From assembly GCA_000708835.1 (NCBI GenBank), contig DF237689.1:1-38594 (forward strand): a stretch of DNA of 38,594 nt. The letters are read 5' to 3'. This stretch comes from Klebsormidium nitens (lineage: Eukaryota; Plantae; Klebsormidiophyceae). Position 1 is the stretch's first letter; the number at the start of each line of letters is the position of its first letter. Under the pieces are notes generated by a model. The model searched no databases. It saw only the letters and a program-made list of their open reading frames with translations, and was not told the origin of the DNA. Position numbers and translations under genes: made by a program. Below are positions 21,061 to 30,841 of the stretch, one piece after another.

Positions 21061-22968
21061 ATGTCAATTCTGCAAGCAACGACATGCAGCGGGCTAGGAT
21101 TGAACGACATTCCGTCTTTTGAAGCGAGGATTAAATCCTGTTTCGGGCTTTGCAGGGATTGCCTACATAGCTGTCAAAAGAGTTTGCAGCAGTACACCTT
21201 CCGTGTTCTCTCGGGCCCTCCTCGGCGAATAGGGGCTCCTCAAGGCCAAACGCGCTGAGCAGATCCCTGCACAGTCACGTCAACAGATCAGCTGACCAAC
21301 ATACAAAGCTCCGACCCCCAAATATACCTGGGCGCGACCTCCAGAACTTTTTTCTGGTGTCGAACTGGGCTGCAAAGCGACAGAATCCCCGGTTGAAAAT
21401 TTCGACCGTCTCAACCTGCAACGGGCCTGCACGTCGCTGGAAAAGCTGGGTTCTCACCATCAAACTCAGATCGAATTCCAAAGAAGAGCGAGCGACGGAA
21501 GGCCCCCGAGAAACACATTTGAAAACGTCACTAAAGCGAGTCCCGATTCTGACATTCAGAACTTTTGCAGGGCCGTCTGGGACGCTCATATGGGTTGTAT
21601 GGGACGAGTCCTAAAATCCGCTCACCGGTGAACATAGAGGGCAGGTCATAATCCCCCGAAAGAGCAGCACCTCCACTTGCACGCAACGCTGCCCCGTCAT
21701 CCCCGAAACGGGCTGTCAGACGAACAACTGCAGGGAAAAGTGAACGGAGAGTGGGCTTGAGGCGCACCGTCCGGGGATACCTAATGAGCAGTTAGTTAGC
21801 GAGATGTGCCTACGAACATTCAAAAGTCTGATGAACGCCGCAACCGAGGACAGATTTGGTTTGGACCAGATGAGAGACGGAGGAGGCAAACACTTTGGCG
21901 TCGCAGGAGCGTGCCATGTCGGACGGAAAACGCTGCTTCCATAAACTGCAAAAGTCCCGACAGCCTTTTTGACAGAACTCGGGTGCGACTTACGAATCTG
22001 CTCAAGAGGGTGACGTGGAGCACCACGTGCGTGCAACTGTACGTATCTCTGATGCTTGTTAAAACGCAATCCATGAAGCCTTCGTTCCTGAACAAGCAGG
22101 AAAAGGTCGAAGATCGTGGGCGGTGTCGGACAAGAGCCGGAGGCAGAGCGAGCAATAAGCCATGCATGTTGCATCGCAGAGATCGAGTCTGACGGACTTC
22201 TCGGTTGATTTTCGCTTAAATAACCAGCGAGAATTCCGGTGAAGTAGACAGGGAACCAGATTCGTTTTCGATTCGTGTCATCGGCGAACTTGATGAACCT
22301 AACTCTGCAGCAGGCACAAGGCTGATCACGTGACACACACGTCAATTGGTGATGGAGACGCGCAGTGGCAGCTGTGGTATATGGATGTGAGCATCGAACC
22401 AGGGGCGCTCATCGGGCCGGCAACGATGTTGCAGAACACTGCAACATCTGAACAAATAGTTGGAAATTTTAATCCACTTTGGAGCTCGACCCTACTGCTA
22501 CAAATCTTGAAAGGCGAGATGCGAATCCGGGCGGCCTCGCCGCGGCCGCGACTCGCTCTGCTGGTGCGCTTTGCAGCGAGTCAAACCCTGTCTGCTTACG
22601 ACGTATCGGCACGCGCGTGCAATCAGTAACGACACATTGACACATTGACATGCACCGTCTGTGACAGCAAGCGCTTCGCAAGAGCGGACTTCAAAGGTTG
22701 ACAAAGGGCAAGAGTGCAGAGAGCCGGAGAAGGCTCAATGCGACCGATCATCGGAGCACCCGAGCTCGGCTTGACAGCCATGCGCTTTGACTGAGTACCG
22801 TTTTGGGTTCACATGCAATTCTCTACAGCAGGGCGCCTCCCGCACTCTTTCGGTGCCAAGGTGAAATAATGAGCCCCCATCCTCCACAATTAGCACGTCC
22901 GAATCCCTTCGCTTAGTTGCGCGCGCAATTGCGCGCCTCTTGCGCTGTTACAGCACCAAGCTGGTGGG

Positions 22969-23824
22969 ATGATGGAGGGTCTTCCGAGCGATGTCGCGGC
23001 GCTATTCCTTCACAAGCTAGCGCTCCAGGATAACGTTGCTTTAGTGCGCGCCACGCGCGCGTGCGCGGCTTTCCACCGCGCCGCAGCCGCCGACCCTGCT
23101 GTGTGGAAGGAGGCACTGTATGGGCCGCCGATAAGCGAAGGCACGTCGCCCTCTGCTGAATTTGCGGAAGTCATAGGGCAAAGATAGATGCTTTTGTGAA
23201 TGACCTGGGAGGGTATGAGCGCCTCGTGCGGACTCGGTGGTCCGGTAAAGTCTGCTCTGCAGGCTTTGACAGGGATTGCAATGGATATGACTCCGGCTTC
23301 CGCTCGAGAAGCAGCTTTCCAGCGGACTCCGCGAGTCCCTGCAAGGCCCTGGTCTTCGTGAAGCTGCGCGGAAATCTCTTGTTTTGGGGCGTCCGAAAGA
23401 TGTACGTCCTGCCAAAGGGTGTAGCGGGAAACATGCGCGACGATGAATCCGACCCCGAGGATGACTTGGACTTTGTGTATCCTGAGAAGTCCGAATTCGT
23501 GACGGAACACAGAGCGTCTTTGAAGGAGCTGATGCGAATCAAGGGGGGCAGCCAGTAAGCCAGTCTCAGCGTGAACTCTTTACGATGGAAGTTTTTGCAG
23601 ACTCGAGCAGAATCGAGACAAGAGGACAATCCATGGGCGGCCGGTTTGGTATAGCCTCAAGGGTTTTCCGCCCGATAGCTCTACCGTTCCACTTTGGCAA
23701 CACAAGGTACATTGTTAACGTGCATTATTACTTGTGTGAGGTCGTGCAGCCTCCTCGCTGTCCGCAGGATTCCCTTATCCCGGACACCCCAATCTGTCAG
23801 ATCTTTCAGCGATCTTCGACATAA
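22969..23824 (+). pseudogene. F-box-like paralog (copy 7) split by two -1 frameshifts in G runs (pseudogene or assembly error)
   Basis: MEGLPSDVAALFLHKLALQD..ACAAF..VWKEAL, then AKIDAFVNDLGGYERL, KALVFVKLRGNLLFW, then QPVSQSQRELFTME. One extra G at 23176-23178 and one at 23543-23548 would give a single ORF. Confidence 0.75.
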
Positions 23825-25137
23825 GTTGGTTCTATAAACTGTAGGCAGCCGGCTCTGAAACACTTGATTGCACCGGAAATTGTGTAATCAGTGTACTTTC
23901 AGCTCATTCTTGAACCTTCTGCTCGAGCAAATCCGTGAAGCTCCAACCCAATGCAGCGGTCTGCCTCTGTACCTTTAACAAGAGACGTGTTCAGTCCCGA
24001 AGTTTAGTCAAGAAAACTTGTGCACTACGTACCTCCAAAACTTGAAAGATGCTTTTATCGTCGACTGAAGGGGCCGGCCATTATCAGTGGCAGTAGCCTT
24101 CTTGTCTTCTAAATGCATGAGGGTGACTCGTAGCTGATGCGCTGAGATCCGACAGCTCGATGCTGGACAACTTTGTGGACGTGCTCAAAAGCATGCAATC
24201 CTTGAATAAGTGTACGTTTTGACAGGAGTATATACTCTGATTGGCGGCCAGGTACATCATCTGATCCAGGTCGGTCGTCTTATTTGTGACAGCAGAACAA
24301 AGCCGCCTAGCTCTGGCGTGGGTTTGCATTGTTGGCTCGGGCCCCAGAGATCCTCGAAAAAGGAGCGGTCGATTGCCAGGAGGCTTTCTAGCACCCGGCC
24401 GTCTCTCCATGGTACGTCTGGTAATTGCACTGATCCAAGTTCATAGGAGGCCGGTGGGTGCGGCGGGGGTTAACCTCCAGTCAGCATTGAATGAATGCTG
24501 GCATGTGATGATGTCCAGCATTTCATAGCCGCATCGAATTGCAAAGATTTATACGACCGACTACTTTTAGCTCATACGGTTCTTAGTTCGACATTATTGG
24601 GATTAACTGAGCGCGCGCTGCATCATTGATGTCGATTGCGAGCCGGATGTGGCCGGATGGGGGCCCAGTGACCGGGTTCCTTAGCGCTGAAAGTTCGATA
24701 ATGCCAAACAATACATGGTGGCGGCAGCCCGCCCGCTGGGCCCACACGAGTGCACCTGATGTTCGCTTCGTTTTTTGTATTGATAATTGTTTTGACGTCA
24801 GAAAGCAGACACACAGCAGCGCAGTGACGCTACCCGCAGGGATTCAAGCCTTGAAGCACTATAGCTTGAAGCACCATACTTCAAGAATCAATCTGACCCA
24901 TCTTCTATTTTTCACAATGGTGTAGGGGACTTCAAAATTGCGTGGCCAACTGTACGACGTGACTAACTGTTTGTAACTTTTTGAATTTTGACAGTTGCGG
25001 TGTCTTCACGCACACTCGTAATTGGTCTCACTTGTGGACGTCTGTGGTGCATCCAAATTTCGAAGCTCTACTTCGTTCAACTATGTCGGACTAGGAGACT
25101 TCTAGCGAACTGTCAGTGTGATTATGGCAGTCGTTAC

Positions 25138-28100
25138 TCATGTAATGATCAACTTGTGTTTTGGGTTTACCGTCATGCCCACGTACTTGTCAAAAAGGTT
25201 CTGCAGCGCTTCGATGTAGCGTGCATGGAAACTCTCCGCGCTCTCGCCCTCCTTGGCGAAGAGGGGCTCCCCAAATGCGATAATCAAATCTCTGCACGCA
25301 TATCATAAACGCATCAGCAGAGAGCCGACCGACCTCCGAGGCTGCGACTTTAGACTCAAATCTAAAAAGCGTAAAAGGTCGGTCTAAAGAAATCAGAACG
25401 CGAAACGTTCGTCGATCCGGCCTGCTTCAGCAGGGATCGGAACAGAGCACTCAGTCCTGAGGGGGTGGGACCGAAGCAACGATTCTTCAAAGACGAGAAA
25501 GAAAAATCCAAAACCGCAGAAACGCAAGGTCCTCCACATGTAAGTGTTCTGGGCTAAGTATTCCATAGTTCATGTACGCTTGAGGATCGAGCGAGTTGGC
25601 ACGCGAAATAGTAAGTATCAACGCTGTGAAAGATAACTTCCAGGCCCTGAGACATATAGGTCTAGCTATATGAGTGAATGGGTACGGGTGTGATTTCCGT
25701 AACCTTGATCTTAATCTTTTCATTCTCAGTGTTGCTGTTAGGTTGCGCGTCGACCGAAAACCTACTTGGCCTCCAGTGTTGCCTTTCAGTACCGGCAGGA
25801 AGGAGGTACGGCATCTTTCAGGCCATCGCACTCTCCTGGTATGTACCTTGGTTCACCACGTGAACAAGCCATCCGATTGGCTACAAAATCTGGAAAGCTT
25901 TTTGCAGCTTTTCGGTCGACGCGCACCCTTATTCTTTTTCTGGTAGCAAGCGCCATCGGAAATTGCTCACCGTTGAAACGGAAAGGGCAGGTGGTAGATC
26001 CCCCGGAAGAACGGCACCCCCACGTTGACGTAGCGGTTTGCCTTCTCCCAGAACTTGAGGAACCACAGCGGCTGGGACTCGAACAACTGCAAGCAGAGCA
26101 ACGAACTGAGCGACATGTCGAGGCGCCACAGTACAGCTGTTTTAGAGAACACATGGAGTCCAGGGCAAAAGTTGCACCCTTGCAATAAACAGATTTCAAG
26201 GAGATGATCAGTTGCAGCACGAAGGAGGCACTCCAGTTGGCCAAGAATGCACTGTCCTCACACGAGCGAGCCACGCGTCGAAGCTACAGCGCTGTTCAAA
26301 AACAATGGCCTCTGGTGACAAAAGCCGAATGGACTTCCATGTATCTGGAGCATCGAGTGCAGATGAGTTTGTCTGCTGACTCCTCCGACCAGACTTACTA
26401 AGCACGCAATTTTCTGGAACCGTTGTTTCTGTGAAAACTCAAGAGAAGCCTGTCGAGTGGGAGTGGTGATATTGATCAAAGAAGGCAACAAGTTGCCAAC
26501 CTCACATCAGCGCGTCGCGAGATTCCTTTGTTGGGGGTCTCACCGAATTCTCATTGAACAAATAGACAGGGACCACACCCGCGTTGGTCTCCATGGCGAG
26601 CTTGATGAAGCCGAGCCTGCCAGCATTCACATGCGAGACACGTGTCAGTTGGTGGAATGCACTGCCGTGGATGGATATGAGCATCAGGATCTTGGCCCCC
26701 AGATTGCACCAAGTTCACAGAAAAGTGCAACAGAGAAATGAGCGTTTCCAAAGTTCCTATCTTCTTCCGACGCTGCTACGAAGCACAAAGCAGCACGCTT
26801 CTGTGCACACGGTTGTCTTCCTCGTCTCTCGGCCTTCCTCTCGCTTGGATAGCTTCGAGTTTCCTGATTCCGGATACCTGGAAGCCCTCTTTCTGTCATA
26901 TTAATGTTAGTTGTTTGGCATTGACCGCCAGGAAGTATGGAGAAAAGTTGAGCACGTGTCCGTTTGAAACTGTGACAATTCAAAAGTAGTGTCGAGCTCT
27001 CACCTCTTCTTCAGATACAGCACGTCCTTGTCGGGGTACGTCGGGATGCACACTTCCTTTACACCGCCCACAACAATCAAAATCTGCGGTCGAAGTGAAA
27101 AAGATGGAGCTATGTCAAATCGTTGATGTCTCTGATGTAAGAAGAACCGCAACAACTCTTGGCGCTTACCATGTCACTTCTGTGCTGGCCTGCCGTTGAG
27201 GTCAGTTTCGGATTTGGAGTCTCACTTTGTTCCTACCTACTTGCTCTCCATTTGAAAGATTCCCAAAAAGCTGGAATCTTGCTTGCACTCTTTAACATTT
27301 TGGGCGGAATCCTTCTCCAATAAGGTTCACTGAAGCTTTTTGCTGGAAAAGGACCGATTCATGAAACGCTGAGGTCAGCAATCATCCTTTCGACTCCACT
27401 TATCCCATGACTCTCTACCAAACAAGACAAGCAGAATATATCGATCAAGCGGCGCTGGTCCACCTCACCATCGCCTGAGATTCAAAAGTCATTTTTAGAC
27501 AGTGTACGATCTAAAATTTGATGACGCAGCAGTTGTAAACCAGTTGCGCTTCTCCATGCAAGGACGCCAAATGATTCTCACATTGTTCCCCTTGTTGAGC
27601 TGCTTCTTAAGAGAAGACCTCCCTGCAGGAACTGCCCCCAAAGCATAGAACCAGTCTGCACAAACACAGGCCCGTTTAGATTTACCAACCAGTGTCACTA
27701 CCGTCCGCCAATCTATGTTGCTGAGCACGAATTATCCAGAGCACTGCACAAATCACAGTCTTCAGCCCCTACAGCTCAATATTGTGCCTTGCGTCTCGTC
27801 ATATTCTGCACTCTATCAGTAGTCTAAGCCTAGGCCTTTAGCATGGCGCCCCAAGCAAGCATGCAGATTGCCCTTCCACATTAGCTCCGCAAATACTTGA
27901 GAAGAGCAAACATGCATTCATGAAGCATGCAAAACGTCGCTGTCAATCTTTGAAAAACAAGCTTTGAGGAACTCACTACGGATGATTGGGACATTGAAGA
28001 ACCCCCCCGCTGCGGCGCCAAACAGGTCCCCCTTGTCCGGAAGCACTCGCGTGAACACATCATACACCTGGCTAATCAATGATGTGCTGTACATCACTCT

Positions 28101-28583
28101 TCCGTGGGGGTGCACTCCCAGAATGTAACTCCGGTCCTCCGGAAAACGCTTCGCTGGCAGAACCACTTTGCTAGACTTTGCGTAGTGCGCCAGAGGGATA
28201 TACACCTTTCTTAGGTGCTTCTGACGGAAGGCCCGGTTATAGTACGGGGGCACTAAGAACAAGACCAGGTTAAGCAGGAACCACACCACCCAAACCCCAT
28301 ATCCAAGCTGCCGGTACAGAAGGTACAGAGCGCCGTAGATGATGGGTGGTGCGAGGGGGCTGAAAATGAACAAGTGGTACCAGAAAAGGGTCATGATGGT
28401 GGAGAAAGTGCACGGGTGGCCGTTCTTGAGGTCGAGCACAACGTGATCTTCGGTTTGTTCAATGACTGGGGCGAAGTCCTCAGTCTTCATGTCAGCATTG
28501 GTTGTGCTGACGTCAGTCTTCGTTGGTGTGACAGCATTGCCATCCTGGTGCGCTCCTCTGGTCCGGCGCGTGACAGTTGCCAT
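25138..28583 (-). CDS. Diacylglycerol/monoacylglycerol acyltransferase, DGAT2/MGAT (DAGAT) family, 6 exons, 367 aa
   Basis: Exons 28583-27977, 27655-27582, 27083-27004, 26616-26544, 26086-25971, 25291-25138, all GT-AG and phase-consistent (1104 nt). Motifs: HPHG, FFNVPIIR, GGVKE, RLGFIKLAMETNAGVVPVYLF, IAFGEP, FHARYIEALQNLFDKY. There is an N-terminal hydrophobic segment. Confidence 0.9.
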
Positions 28584-29165
28584 TGGTTAGGAAGGAAGGT
28601 TCTGCTGCTCACCACGGGTAGAGTCCTGGACTACGTGCCTTTCACACTCAGGCTGAAGGGATCCACCAAAGGAATCTATGAGAGGGACCCAGCTAAACTT
28701 CTTGTTTGGTGGCAAGAACCTGTATCAATCAGTTCCTTCTGACTAAGTACCAATACGAATGAGCAGAATCTGTGCCGAGCTGCCGATCAATCGCAGAAAA
28801 CGGCCTGACTTTCGTGCGCTGCTATAATGGTAAGATCTAGGGCAATCAGCTCCTTGCGGCTCGGACGGCCCCCAAAACAAGTTGCCACCCTTTGAGTCGA
28901 ACAGCCGGCATGAAAGATCCTTGACCAGTGAGTAACAATCCTTCTGCACTTCTGAAGGAAATGCTGATGGAGAAGCAAACAACAGTTGACATGCAGCAGC
29001 AAAGCTTCCGAAGTTCTGGAACATCTAGCTCCCCACAATGCAGCTGAGCTGGCGTCACTCACGTTGCATGCATTTCCGGCGACCTGCTCCGGTTAGCTCT
29101 GGTCGAAATTGTCGCCGCTTCACTTCAAGTGACATACAACAGGGAGACCTAATGACTCTAGTATA

Positions 29166-29219
29166 GGGTTTGAGACAGTTTGACTGGTTTTAGACTGGTT
29201 TGAGACTGGTTTTAGGGTT
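29166..29219. repeat. Short 11-bp tandem repeat ACTGGTTT(T/G)AG
   Basis: Three units at 29183-29215 plus degenerate upstream units, bracketed by TAGGGTT at 29164-29170 and 29213-29219. Confidence 0.7.
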
Positions 29220-30841
29220 CTCAATTCTGGAACAATGCATGCAAGTTTCGCCTCCCGTTGGCCCCCCATCTTCTCCTTCTTGTCCAGAAGAAGCAAAGTG
29301 GAGCAAGTAGCATGGATTGAAGGAGGATGGAACGATCATGGGAGGAGAATGGAAGGATGGCAGCTGTTTTGAAAGGCAAGGCTTCAGAAAAGGAGATTCT
29401 TTGGCGCTAGCTTCCTGCTGATGCTCCAGTGCGGCCTGCATTTGTGAGCTGCCAATTGCCAGAGTGGAGCCGATGGTGTGAGCTCAAGCGGACTCCCACT
29501 GTTCAAAGCATTTATACTTGTAAAACCAGGTGAGATTTTATCTTGATGCTCTATTGGGTGACTTTCGAGGTTTTGCCCAGAGCACCCTGCCTCAATGCTA
29601 TCAAGGGAGCTTGCCAGCACTGTCTCGCTTGTCATGCAAGCACTTTTTGAGGCCCTGCTTTTTCCCCCATTGCCTGTGCCTGTGTTGCTATTTGAGGTGA
29701 GTAAACAAGGTCATTGAAGGTTGAAATAGAGAGTGACGTTTCTGTTTCACTACTAGATCAACGGCATTGTTTTCAGAATAAAGCTTATTCCAAAAAGAGT
29801 TACAGAATCCCACCTCATTTTTTTCATCACGTCGATGTAGCTGAATACTCCTCCCCTTCCTGGAATCATCGCCCGCATTCAACTGCATCTCAGGGAGGTG
29901 CAGATAACTATGAAAACATACAGCTTTCAAGCGAGCCTCTACTTACTCAGCAACCCCACACTGCAGACCAGCCCTGAAAGTTTCCTCTCCGGTCCTCTTG
30001 ACAGGGTTTCATAATTAGGTCCAGCTTCCTTCAAAGCAAGCTGTAACATGTCTTTACCCCACTCTTGGATTCCGAGACTTGAGGAACTAGGCACGGCGGT
30101 CAAAGGCGCCGCTTACCTTGTGGAGGCGGAGGGGGGTGAGCAAGGGCGGGCTGCAGGAAAAGGTGCGCCTGACTCTCAGTCCTCAAAACAGGACTTCCTA
30201 TTTGAAGCGTCCTGCTCTGAATCTGAGTATGTGGGGAGCAAGGGCAGGCACTGTTTTAAATTCTGGGATGCTGCCTCAGAGTAGAAGGTATGCCAAAGAT
30301 ATAAGGAGCAACTGGGAGAGACCTGTTGAAAGCGTTGCTGATATTTGCCCTTTAATATCCCTATATATCTACCCTTGGTTTCTGACTTCTAATCTTCAGG
30401 ATAGGACTGGAACGGCTTACGCGTAAAGTCCAATTGTGCAAGCCCCCTAGGGAAAGAAACGACTGGGGAGGCTATAGGGTCTCTGATCTTCAGTGATCAG
30501 GCAATTTTTAGCACTGGAGACCGCATTCTCGTCGCCGGGAGGACAGCCACCAGGAGCTTGTTGGTTGCAGTCGCTTCCTTCTTGACCTGCATCTGAAGCG
30601 GCAAAGCATAACCAAAACTCGTTTCTTGCACGTCATTTGGTTTTCTTTTTATTTCCCCTTTTTCCTTCGATGTATCTGACGCCTTACCATGTGTACTCCA
30701 GGGCTTGATGTATCGTGCATTCTAGGTAAGTCGCACTGAAGCCCGTTTTAGGATATTGACCGATATATGGGAACGCACAAACGAGGTCTGTAAATAGCCG
30801 TATAACCTTCCGCAAATCCAGTTTGCTTTTCTCTGTTGTAG

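Noticed and set aside
21716-22345. 209-aa minus-strand ORF and a possible further F-box-like remnant (TGGAAGCAGCGTTTT near 21930)
   Set aside because: GTG start, no recognisable motif and no splice signals. The match to the WKAAF block is too short to call.
25786-26274. 162-aa Ser/Cys-rich minus-strand ORF
   Set aside because: It is an alternative frame over DGAT exon 5 and its flanking introns. The DGAT frame explains the coding signal.
29210-29217. Telomere-like TTTTAGGG as an interstitial telomeric site
   Set aside because: Only a single unit, within an unrelated 11-bp repeat.
28985-29245. CATGCA (RY element) copies upstream of the DGAT gene
   Set aside because: TGCA/CATG words are abundant throughout the CpG-depleted parts of the window, so no enrichment can be claimed.
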